Positions 17,749 through 25,188 of a stretch of 25,188 nt of DNA are shown piece by piece (the first letter of the stretch is position 1; each line of letters opens with the position of its first letter). Source of the stretch: Candidatus Methylomirabilia bacterium. GTDB taxonomy: Bacteria > Methylomirabilota > Methylomirabilia > Rokubacteriales > CSP1-6. The position numbers and the translations under genes are program-made. The stretch spans positions 1 to 25,188 of the forward strand of contig JBGQEL010000057.1 of the NCBI GenBank assembly GCA_041496385.1, written 5' to 3'. Below the pieces are notes generated by a model. It did not search any database, was not told the DNA's origin, and saw nothing but the letters and a program-made list of their open reading frames with translations.

Positions 17749-18615
17749 TCAGGTGGCGAGGCCGAAGAGCGACGTCATCCTCGTCGCGCCGAGCATCGCC
17801 GACATCTCCGCGTCCGCCGGCCGCCGCTCGAAGCGGCTCGCCCCGTCGAGGATCTTCGGAAGCAGCGCGAGGTCGCCCGCCGTGTTGAGGAACACGCCGG
17901 GCAGGCCGAGGATCCAGTGCACGGCCCGATCGATGTCCGCCTGCGCCTCGAGCGGCTGGTACCACGTGGCGTGCGTGCGGTCGGCCGTCGCCCACGGCCC
18001 GCGCGCGATCGACTTGATGACCTGGACCGCCACGTTGCGCTCGCGGCAGATGGCCAGCACCTCCTCGAAGGTCCGCCGGTAGCGCTCGTTCTGGGCCATG
18101 AAGAAGTTGAACGGCAGCAGCACCGCGTCGAAATCGAAGCGCGCGAGGCTGCGCTGGTGCATCGCGGCGATGGTCCAGCCGTGGCCGGTCACGCCGATGA
18201 AACGCGCCAGTCCCTGCGCGCGCGCCTCGACGGCCGCCTCGAGCGCGCCGCCGGGTCCCATCGCCTGGTCCCAGTCGTCCGGATGCGCCAGCGAATGGAG
18301 CTGGATCAGGTCGACGTGGTCGACGCGCAGCCGGTCGAGCGAGCGGCGGATGTCCTCGCGCGCCTCGCCGGCGGTCCGGCTGCCGGTCTTCGTCGCGAGA
18401 AAAAAGTCCTTCCGGTGGCGCGCCATCCAGGGACCGATCCGCAGCTCGGAGTCGCCGTACCGCGCGGCGGTGTCGATGTGGTTCACCCCGTGGCGCAGCA
18501 GCAGCTCCAGCGTGCAGTCGGCGTCCGCCTGGCTCGCCTGGGCGAGCGCGGCGCCGCCGAACAGCGTCACCGAGCTCTGATGGCCGGTCCGTCCGAACGC
18601 GCGTCGCTCGAGCAT
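17749..18615 (-). CDS. Aldo/keto reductase
   Basis: [45 protein letters not shown] and FIGVTGH. ATG 18615 follows GGGAGGGG. Confidence 0.92.
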   Translation of the reverse strand: MLERRAFGRTGHQSSVTLFGGAALAQASQADADCTLELLLRHGVNHIDTAARYGDSELRIGPWMARHRKDFFLATKTGSRTAGEAREDIRRSLDRLRVDHVDLIQLHSLAHPDDWDQAMGPGGALEAAVEARAQGLARFIGVTGHGWTIAAMHQRSLARFDFDAVLLPFNFFMAQNERYRRTFEEVLAICRERNVAVQVIKSIARGPWATADRTHATWYQPLEAQADIDRAVHWILGLPGVFLNTAGDLALLPKILDGASRFERRPADAEMSAMLGATRMTSLFGLAT

Positions 18616-18685
18616 CGGGTCCCCTCCCGTCGCGACAGCATAGCGCGACTCGCGCGAGCCCGTGCGCCAACACGCGCCGCCGCGC

Positions 18686-18714
18686 TTGACACGTCGGGCG
18701 ACGCGGCGCAATGT
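18686..18714 (+). promoter_or_regulatory. Possible sigma-70 promoter for the alcohol dehydrogenase-CMD pair
   Basis: TTGACA-17 nt-CAATGT, with a perfect -35 and a weak -10, in the divergent intergenic region. Confidence 0.4.
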
Positions 18715-18789
18715 CTTCGTCTGCGCGCCGTCCCGATCCCCGGTGGACCGGGCGGGCACCCGCGGGGCACCCTCGAACAGGAGCGTGAC

Positions 18790-19869
18790 ATGAAAGCTGC
18801 CGTGTTCCATGGTCCGCACAAGCCGCTGACGATCGAGGACGTCGACATCGACAAGCCCATCGGCCGCGAGGTGCTCGTGCGCACCGTCGCCTCCGGGGTC
18901 TGCCACAGCGACCTGCACTTCGTCGACGGGTTCTACCCCTTTCCGGCCCCCGCCATCCTCGGCCACGAGGCGGCCGGGATCGTCGAGGCGGTCGGACTTC
19001 AGGTGTCGGAGTTCAAGCCGGGCGACCACGTCATCGCCTGCCTCTCCGTCTTCTGCGGCCAGTGCGACTACTGCCTGACCGGCAAGACGCACCTCTGCCA
19101 GACGCGGCCCGTCCGCGCGAAGAACGAGCCACCCAAGCTCTCGTGGAAGGGCCAGCCCGTCAACCAGTTCGCCAACCTCTCCGCCTACGCGGAGAAGATG
19201 CTCGTCCACGAGAACGCGCTCGTGAAGATCGACGACCAGATGCCGCTCGACCGTGCCGCGCTGATCGGCTGCGGCGTCACCACGGGTGTGGGCGCGGTGC
19301 TCAACACGGCCCGGATCGAGGCCGGCACGAGCGTCGCCGTCTTCGGCGCCGGGGGCGTGGGGCTCGCGGCGATCCAGGGGGCGCGCATCGCCGGGGCGCG
19401 CATGATCATCGCCGTGGACACGGTCGCCGGGAAGCTCGCGCGGGCGCGCGAGCTGGGCGCCACGCACGCGGTCGACGCCTCCGTCGACGACCCCGTGAAG
19501 GCCATCCGCGTGCTCACGAACGGCGGCGCCGACTACTCGTTCGAGGCAATCGGCCTCAAGCTCGCCGCCGAGCAGTGCTTCGACTGCATCCGGCCCGGCG
19601 GCACGGCCACCGTGATCGGCATGATCCCGGTGGGGCAGAAGATCGAGCTGGACGGCCCCATGTTCCTGCGCGAGAAGAAGATCCAGGGCTGCAGCATGGG
19701 CAGCAACCGTTTCAAGGTGGACATGCCCCGCTACATCGATTTCTACCGCCAGGGCCGCCTCAAGCTGGACGAGATGATCACCCGCCGCGGCAAGCTCGCC
19801 GACGTGAACGAGGCCTTCCGGGCCATGAAGGCCGGTGAGGTCGCGCGCACCGTCCTGATGTTCGAGTAG
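18790..19869 (+). CDS. Zn-dependent alcohol dehydrogenase (MDR, class III/formaldehyde dehydrogenase-like)
   Basis: [22 protein letters not shown]-x7-C, IGCGVTTG and Rossmann motif GAGGVG. ATG 18790 follows AGGAG. Confidence 0.93.
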   Translation: MKAAVFHGPHKPLTIEDVDIDKPIGREVLVRTVASGVCHSDLHFVDGFYPFPAPAILGHEAAGIVEAVGLQVSEFKPGDHVIACLSVFCGQCDYCLTGKTHLCQTRPVRAKNEPPKLSWKGQPVNQFANLSAYAEKMLVHENALVKIDDQMPLDRAALIGCGVTTGVGAVLNTARIEAGTSVAVFGAGGVGLAAIQGARIAGARMIIAVDTVAGKLARARELGATHAVDASVDDPVKAIRVLTNGGADYSFEAIGLKLAAEQCFDCIRPGGTATVIGMIPVGQKIELDGPMFLREKKIQGCSMGSNRFKVDMPRYIDFYRQGRLKLDEMITRRGKLADVNEAFRAMKAGEVARTVLMFE

Positions 19870-19874
19870 CCGGC

Positions 19875-20213
19875 ATGAACTTTCACGGCCTCGACGTCGG
19901 ACGGCAGTTCAAGCGCATGCGCGAGCTCGCGCCCGAAGCGTACCGCTCGTTCCTCGAGTTCGACACCAAGGCCTTCGCCGACGGCGCGGTGCCGGCGAAG
20001 ACGAAGGAGCTGATCGCGCTCGGCATCGCCCAGATCACGCAGTGTCCGTGGTGCATCGACGCCCACACCAAGCGGGCCGTGAAGACCGGCGCCAGCGACC
20101 AGGAGATCGGCGAGGTGATCTTCGTCTCGATGGCGATGGCGGCGGGCGCGGCCTGGAGCCACGGCGGCCTGGCGCTCCAGTGCCTCGACGAGGCGCACAA
20201 GAAGACAGACTGA
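19875..20213 (+). CDS. Carboxymuconolactone decarboxylase/AhpD-family protein
   Basis: [23 protein letters not shown] (CxxC-x3-H) and EIGEVI. Confidence 0.9.
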   Translation: MNFHGLDVGRQFKRMRELAPEAYRSFLEFDTKAFADGAVPAKTKELIALGIAQITQCPWCIDAHTKRAVKTGASDQEIGEVIFVSMAMAAGAAWSHGGLALQCLDEAHKKTD

Positions 20214-20217
20214 ACCG

Positions 20218-20787
20218 TCAGGCCTCCTTGACCGTCAGCACCGGGCAGGGCGCCATGCGGATCACCTTGTCGGCCACGCTGCCGACGATGAACCGGTGGA
20301 CCTCCCCGCGCCCGTGGGTCGCGAGCAGCACGAGATCCGCCTGCATCTCCTTCGCCGCCTCGATGATCTCTCGGTGCGGCACACCCACGCGGAGCAGGGT
20401 GCGAACGGGGCAGCCCGCCAGGCTCGCAAGACTCGCCCACTGCTCGAGACGCAGGGCCCAGGCTCGCCCGGCTTCGGAGAACGCCTGCGTCGCGGCCCCC
20501 TCGAGGGGTCCAGGGAAGACGCGCGTGGTGGGGACCGTGTCTTCCGGGTCGTCGCCGCGCGGGATGCCGAGCTGGTGCGCAGCCTGGAGCGATCGGAGCT
20601 CCGCGCGTTGCTCCTCCTTCTCGAGCATCGTCTCCATGTCGAGCGGTGAGGCGGGCAGCACGTGGAGGAGCGTCAGCTCGACGCCGTAGACTGCCGCCAT
20701 CTGCCGGGCGATTCGCCAGGCCTTTTCGGATCCCGCCGAGAAGTCGGTCGGTACGAGAATCCGCGAGAACGCGCCCTCCGTCTTCAT
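20218..20787 (-). CDS. Universal stress protein (single domain with internal insertion)
   Basis: RILVPTDFS, LTLLHV, ADLVLLATHGR and GSVADKVIRMAPCPVLTV. Confidence 0.9.
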   Translation of the reverse strand: MKTEGAFSRILVPTDFSAGSEKAWRIARQMAAVYGVELTLLHVLPASPLDMETMLEKEEQRAELRSLQAAHQLGIPRGDDPEDTVPTTRVFPGPLEGAATQAFSEAGRAWALRLEQWASLASLAGCPVRTLLRVGVPHREIIEAAKEMQADLVLLATHGRGEVHRFIVGSVADKVIRMAPCPVLTVKEA

Positions 20788-20796
20788 GGCAGCACC

Positions 20797-21681
20797 TCAG
20801 GCCCTGCGCGGTTCCTTGACGACCAGCACCGGGCATCGGGCATCGCGCAGCACGCGCTCGGACACGCTCCCGAGCAGGAGCCGTTTCATGGTGCCGAGCC
20901 CGCGCGCGCCGAGGACGATCAGATCCGGGTCGAAACCCGCCGCGGCGCCGAGGATCTCCTCCGCCGGGTGGCCGGTCGGCATCGACCGCGTGACGCGGGA
21001 GAGTTTGCCCTTGAGCGTCACCGTCGCGTGGTCGAGGATCTTGCCGACCGCGCTGCGGCGCTCGCGCGCGATGTCCGCGATCATCGCGGCGAGCTGGCGG
21101 CGGATCACGCGCGGCGCGGTGGCGGGGTGGGGCGGCGCCTCGACCACGCTCAGGAGGCGCACGCGTACGCCGCGCCCGATGGCAAGCGAGAGGAAAAACC
21201 GGATCGCCCCGTCGGCGCCCTCGGAGCCGTCCGTGGCGACGAGGACCGAGTCCAGCCGGCGCGGCCGGCCCTTGACCACGAGCACGGCGCAGGGCGCATG
21301 ACGGGCGACGGTCTGCGAGACGCTCCCGAGAAGGAAGGCCTTGACGGCGCCAAGGCCGCGGGCGCCGACGACGACGAGATCCGCCGCCCACTCGCCCGCG
21401 GCGCGCACGATCTCCTCGTTCGGCCTTCCCTGCACCACACGCGTCTCGGCCGCCTTGGCGCGGGGGCCCAGGAGCTTCACCGTCTCCTCGACGATGCTAC
21501 GTCCCTCGGCGAGCAGCGCGGCGTGGAGCTCGGCGACGGGGGGGATGTCGAGCGCCGGCGTCGGGAGCGTGACGACGGTCAGCACGCGGATCCGGGCCGC
21601 GCCGGGAAGCGGAAGATCGCCGAGCCACGCCGCTGCGGCGCGCGCATCGGCCGAACCGTCGGTCGCGAGCAGGATACGCAT
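20797..21681 (-). CDS. Tandem two-domain universal stress protein
   Basis: Two copies of LxATDGS...GARGLG-x7-GSVS...CxVLVVK, both with an intact G-x2-G-x9-GS nucleotide-binding motif. Confidence 0.92.
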   Translation of the reverse strand: MRILLATDGSADARAAAAWLGDLPLPGAARIRVLTVVTLPTPALDIPPVAELHAALLAEGRSIVEETVKLLGPRAKAAETRVVQGRPNEEIVRAAGEWAADLVVVGARGLGAVKAFLLGSVSQTVARHAPCAVLVVKGRPRRLDSVLVATDGSEGADGAIRFFLSLAIGRGVRVRLLSVVEAPPHPATAPRVIRRQLAAMIADIARERRSAVGKILDHATVTLKGKLSRVTRSMPTGHPAEEILGAAAGFDPDLIVLGARGLGTMKRLLLGSVSERVLRDARCPVLVVKEPRRA

Positions 21682-21685
21682 GGAC

Positions 21686-22324
21686 TCATCCCCTCCAGGG
21701 GCTCCGGACGGCGTACCCCTGCGCCTCGAGCCGCTTGATGGCCGCTCCGGGATTGATCGTGCGCACGCGGACCACGACCTCGGTGCGTCCGTCGCGCCCG
21801 GGCAGGGTGACGATGCTCGAGATGGCGGCCCCGGCCTCCTCGACGCTGTGGACCGCGTCGGCCAGCGCCTCGCTGCCCCCGGGCAGGAAGATGTCGAGCC
21901 GACTCGAGGGCTCACCCGCGCCCATGGCCCTCAGGAACAACTCGATGATGTCCGTCTCGGTCACGATGCCGATGACCCGGCCCTCCTGGGTGACGGGCAG
22001 CGCGCTGATCTTCTCCTTGACCATGAGGCGGGCCGCCTCCTCCACCGGGAGCATCGGGCCTACCGTGATCACCGCCCGCGTCATGATCTCGTCCATGGTC
22101 ACCTTCGCGAGGAGGTAGGCCAGCTCGTGGCGCTCGAGGCTCGTGGCGGGCGAGGCCATGGCGCGCTTGAGGTCGCGGTCGGACACGATGCCGACGAGGC
22201 GCTCGTCCTCCATCACGGGCAGGTGACGGACGCCCCGCCTCTCGCTGAGCCGGAGCGCCTCGGGCAGCGTCGTGCCCGGCCTCACGGTGATCAGATCGCG
22301 CTGCATCACGTCTTCGACGAGCAT
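21686..22324 (-). CDS. AcuB-like CBS-pair + ACT domain protein
   Basis: VEDVM, VRHLPV, LVGIVSDRDL, ISALPV and GIVTETD, followed by an ACT-like C-terminus. Confidence 0.85.
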   Translation of the reverse strand: MLVEDVMQRDLITVRPGTTLPEALRLSERRGVRHLPVMEDERLVGIVSDRDLKRAMASPATSLERHELAYLLAKVTMDEIMTRAVITVGPMLPVEEAARLMVKEKISALPVTQEGRVIGIVTETDIIELFLRAMGAGEPSSRLDIFLPGGSEALADAVHSVEEAGAAISSIVTLPGRDGRTEVVVRVRTINPGAAIKRLEAQGYAVRSPWRG

Positions 22325-22355
22325 CGGCCGTCTCCTCTCGCGCGCGTCGTGGCGC

Positions 22356-23498
22356 TCAGAGCGGGTAGCGAAGGAGCGCCGCCACGCCGCCGGCGCGGCC
22401 GAGCTCCGAATCGGGCTCGATCGTCTCCACCTCGCCCCCGGTGTTCAGCACGCGCCGGACGAGCGCCTCGCCCAGCTCGACGTCCTTCACGGTCTCCTTG
22501 CAGCGCCGGCATGCGGCCGCGCGCCCCGGCTGGAGCCCGCCGCAGGCCGCGCACTCGGCGCCCGGCGCGCCGAACGTGCGCGTCACGTAGAGCCGGCGCA
22601 CGGCGCCGCGCGTCGTCGCGTCGAGCACGCCCTCGAGTCCGGCCACGGCGCGGCCGCCCTTGGCGGCCTCCGTGAGCACGCCGGCCACGTCCATCGCCGC
22701 GGCCTCGCCCCGCTTCGCGTCGAGCAGCGCGCCCGCGCGCTCGACGAGCGCGCTCGAGGGCTCGTGCCGGGCGCCGACGATCGTTCCCGCGACCAGCCGC
22801 GCGACGCGGTCGTCGAGCTGCTCGCGGAACACGGCGAGCGCGCGCGACTCGCCCGCGAGCACGATGCGCTCCACCCCATGGTCGTCCACGAGCGCGGTGA
22901 TCGCGGCCGCGACCGCCGCGAAGTGCCGTGCCCGCTGCGCCTGGACGTGCCGCTGGTAGCGCGACTGCGCGAGGAGCTGCCAGCCCCCCTGGCGGTGATG
23001 ACCCGCGACGTCGCTCTCGAGCGGAACCTCGTCGGTGACGCCGTCACCGTGCAGACCGACGATCCGAGCGTGCGCGGCGTCCACGAAGACGACGAGCGCC
23101 GGGGGCGTCGCCTCCGCCAGCCCCGCCAGGCGCCGCACGTGGGGCGCGTCACCCACGACGAAGAAGTTCTCGACTGAAACGCGCAGGGGCAAGGTGTCCC
23201 TGAGGCCGAGCGCGCCGCACGCGAAGAGCGCCACGCCCCGGGCGCCCACGTCGCGCGCCTGGCTCACGAGCGCCTCACCCTGCGCCGCGACCCAGTCGAG
23301 GTCGGCCGCGAGCTCCGGCGCGGCGCCCGCCCGCGCGCGCTTGAGCTCGTCGGCGAGGAACACCCGTACCCGCTCGCGCTGGTGCTCGTCGCCCCAGCGC
23401 GTGTCGAGGTACACGCTCACGACCTGCGCACCCGTCGTCGCGATCCGCGCGAGCCGGTCGAGCTGCGCGCGCAGATCGCCGCTATCCACGGGCTTCAC
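22356..23498 (-). CDS. Bacterial archaeo-eukaryotic release factor (aeRF1/baeRF/Balon-like) protein
   Basis: VVSVYLD, GVALFAC, loop GHHRQGGWQLLAQSRYQRH, IVLAG, GRAVAGLEGVLDA, CxxC-x10-CxxC and C-terminal GGVAALLRY (eRF1 domain 3). GTGA overlap with the upstream USP. Confidence 0.8.
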   Translation of the reverse strand: MKPVDSGDLRAQLDRLARIATTGAQVVSVYLDTRWGDEHQRERVRVFLADELKRARAGAAPELAADLDWVAAQGEALVSQARDVGARGVALFACGALGLRDTLPLRVSVENFFVVGDAPHVRRLAGLAEATPPALVVFVDAAHARIVGLHGDGVTDEVPLESDVAGHHRQGGWQLLAQSRYQRHVQAQRARHFAAVAAAITALVDDHGVERIVLAGESRALAVFREQLDDRVARLVAGTIVGARHEPSSALVERAGALLDAKRGEAAAMDVAGVLTEAAKGGRAVAGLEGVLDATTRGAVRRLYVTRTFGAPGAECAACGGLQPGRAAACRRCKETVKDVELGEALVRRVLNTGGEVETIEPDSELGRAGGVAALLRYPL

Positions 23499-23938
23499 GC
23501 CGCATCGGCCCGGGCGCCGCGGAAGAGCATCACCGGCGCCGCCGCCTTGTGGAGCACCTGCTCCGCCACGCTCCCGAGCACGATCCGCGACAGTCCGCTG
23601 GCGGAGGTGGTGGACATGACGATGAGGTCGGCGACGAACGCGTTGGCCTCCCTGAGGATCTCCTTCACCGGGTCGCCGAACCGCACCACGCACTCCGCCT
23701 CCCGGCCGAGCCGGACTTCGACGGCGCGCAGGTAGTCGACGGCCGCCGCCTCGAGCCGGGCTCCCTCCTGATCGGCGTAGGCGACGATCCGGCCGTCGCT
23801 CACGACGTTGTCCGGCATCGGCGCCACGTGCAGGAGACGCACCACGGCGCCGCCGCCCTTCACGAGGTCGGCGACCAGGTCCACCACGCTCTCGGCCTCC
23901 AGGGTCTCGTCCAGCGGCACCAGGATTCGCTTAGCCAT
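23495..23938 (-). CDS. Universal stress protein
   Basis: KRILVPLD, VRLLHV, FGDPVKEI, ADLIVM and GSVAEQVL. ATG 23938 follows AGGAGG. Confidence 0.9.
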   Translation of the reverse strand: MAKRILVPLDETLEAESVVDLVADLVKGGGAVVRLLHVAPMPDNVVSDGRIVAYADQEGARLEAAAVDYLRAVEVRLGREAECVVRFGDPVKEILREANAFVADLIVMSTTSASGLSRIVLGSVAEQVLHKAAAPVMLFRGARADAA

Positions 23939-23949
23939 GTCCGTCCCTC

Positions 23950-24309
23950 CTACGACGTGAGCGCTCGGCGTGCCGCGAAGTACTTCTTCGGCCGCCGACT
24001 CAGTTCGCGGGTCGTGTCCACGAGCCGCCCGGCCTGGCGTTCGAGCCGGGCGAGCGCGCCGTCGAACGCGAGCCGTGGCGTCGCGGCGACCTCCTCGACG
24101 TGAATCGCGGGACGGCGAGGCAGCCGCACCTCGAGCGCGCACCGCAGCGCGTCGCCGCCCTTGGCCCCGTTCTCGTCGGTGAACGTCGCGCGCACGCTGG
24201 TCGCGCGGACGGGCAGCGCCTCCACCACGTCCGCCACCCGGGCGGCGACGCGCGCGCGGATCGAGCGGCCGTCGGCGCCCCCTCGGAACTCGATTTTGAT
24301 CGGCACCAT
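23950..24309 (-). CDS. HPF/RaiA-family ribosome-associated protein (short form)
   Basis: About 119 aa. The pattern TDENGAKGGDALRC...EV.L...IHVEE...AFDGALARLERQ fits HPF/RaiA (S30AE) homologs. Strong RBS AAGGAGG. Confidence 0.75.
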   Translation of the reverse strand: MVPIKIEFRGGADGRSIRARVAARVADVVEALPVRATSVRATFTDENGAKGGDALRCALEVRLPRRPAIHVEEVAATPRLAFDGALARLERQAGRLVDTTRELSRRPKKYFAARRALTS

Positions 24310-24339
24310 GGGTCTCCTCCTTCTTGACCTGTAAGACAG

Positions 24340-24354
24340 GCAACACGGATGCCA
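24340..24354 (-). promoter_or_regulatory. Sigma-54 (-24/-12) promoter of the HPF-USP-baeRF operon
   Basis: Minus strand TGGCATCCGTGTTGC with exact GG-N10-GC spacing. The predicted start site near 24328 is just upstream of the RBS of the HPF-like gene. Confidence 0.7.
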
Positions 24355-24494
24355 GGCCGGAACGTCAACGATTTCAGGCATGTTCGGACTGGCTGGACGA
24401 GTCCCGGGTGGGGTACGAACGCCTCAGCCGGTGCTCGGGGGCCACAATCGGGCGGCGCCCGGAAGGCTCGACGACCTCGACTACAATGACCGCG

Positions 24495-25052
24495 ATGCCC
24501 GCGCCCACCCCGAGCGAGCCCGACCCCTACCCGACCGAGTTCGAGCGCGACATCACGCTCAAGGACGGCACCGTCGTTCACATCCGTCCGATCCGGCTCG
24601 ACGACGCACCCCGGTTGCAGGACCTCTACGATCATCTGAGCCGCCACACGGCCTACCAGCGGTTCTTCAGCGTGATGAAGCGCCTGCCCCCGGACTGGGC
24701 GCGCATGCTCGCGTCGGTGGACTATCGCACGCGGTTCGCGGTCGTGGCCGAGCAGCCGGGCGCGCGCGGCGCGGAGCTGGTCGGTGTCGGGCGTTACGAG
24801 CCGACCGGCGACCCGACCGACGTGGAGGTCGCGTTCGTCGTGCAGGACGGCTGGCAGAACCGGGGGCTCGGCACGATCCTCTTCAACGACGTCTTGCGCG
24901 CCGGCGTCGCGCGCGGGATCCGGCGCTTCCGTGCCTTCGTGCTGGCCGACAACCGCCGGATGCTCGACCTCATCGTGCGCTTCGGCGAGATCAAGGAGCG
25001 CCGGACGGACCAGGGCGTGACCGAGCTCGTCTTCACGCCCCGCGGGCGCTAG
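24495..25052 (+). CDS. GNAT N-acetyltransferase resembling the stand-alone GNAT domain of Pat/YfiQ protein lysine acetyltransferases
   Basis: LKDGTVVHIRPIR, LSRHTAYQRFF, VGVGRY, acetyl-CoA motif EVAFVVQDGWQNRGLG and VLADNRRM. Start is ATG 24495 (or 24486). TACAAT at 24482-24487 suggests a leaderless start at 24495. Confidence 0.88.
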   Translation: MPAPTPSEPDPYPTEFERDITLKDGTVVHIRPIRLDDAPRLQDLYDHLSRHTAYQRFFSVMKRLPPDWARMLASVDYRTRFAVVAEQPGARGAELVGVGRYEPTGDPTDVEVAFVVQDGWQNRGLGTILFNDVLRAGVARGIRRFRAFVLADNRRMLDLIVRFGEIKERRTDQGVTELVFTPRGR

Positions 25053-25188
25053 CAGGCTGCTGAAAAACCCGACATTTGATGCCGGGGCACGTGGGAAGTT
25101 CGACTACGATGCGCGCAACACTCGGTGAGGAGGCGCGCATGCGAGGGGACAAACCGGAGTCGGAGCCGCACATGTGGAGTTACGTGCC
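25053..25188 (+). mobile_element. Left end of an IS5/IS1182-like insertion sequence (truncated by window edge)
   Basis: CTAG (25049-25052) is followed directly by the terminal-repeat-like CAGGCTGCTGAAAAA, a drop in GC content and a transposase-like N-terminus. Confidence 0.7.
25139..25188 (+). CDS. Partial transposase (5' end), IS5/IS1182-like
   Basis: ATG 25139 follows GAGGAGG. MRGDKPESEPHMWSYV(P) resembles the MRG-x7-MFSYV N-terminus of DUF772-type transposases. Confidence 0.65.
   Translation, partial: MRGDKPESEPHMWSYV

Overview
A very GC-rich bacterial window. The gene content and the tandem Tat-exported peptide-binding proteins resemble Candidatus Rokubacteria/Methylomirabilota, which is an inference. 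From left to right: (1) the N-terminus of a probable sigma-54 enhancer-binding protein, divergent from a -24/-12 promoter with an IHF-like site and palindromes. The promoter precedes two paralogous helical hypothetical genes and a small membrane ORF. (2) A small lipoprotein and a C39-like peptidase behind a hairpin-rich intergenic region holding a 16-codon ORF with a strong RBS. (3) A class-III aminotransferase followed by three family-5 ABC substrate-binding proteins (one frameshifted) and two permeases, with no ATPases. (4) A catabolic-looking run: aldo/keto reductase, YciI, CnbZ-like deaminase, a three-subunit molybdenum hydroxylase, MaoC and a CitE-like lyase. (5) A Zn alcohol dehydrogenase and an AhpD/CMD protein. 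(6) A putative ribosome-hibernation/stress operon behind a second -24/-12 motif: HPF/RaiA, USP, a bacterial aeRF1-like (Balon/baeRF-type) factor, AcuB-like CBS-ACT and two more USPs. It is divergent from a Pat-type GNAT. (7) The left end of an IS5/IS1182-like element at a CTAG. All family calls come from motif recognition by eye; no searches were run.
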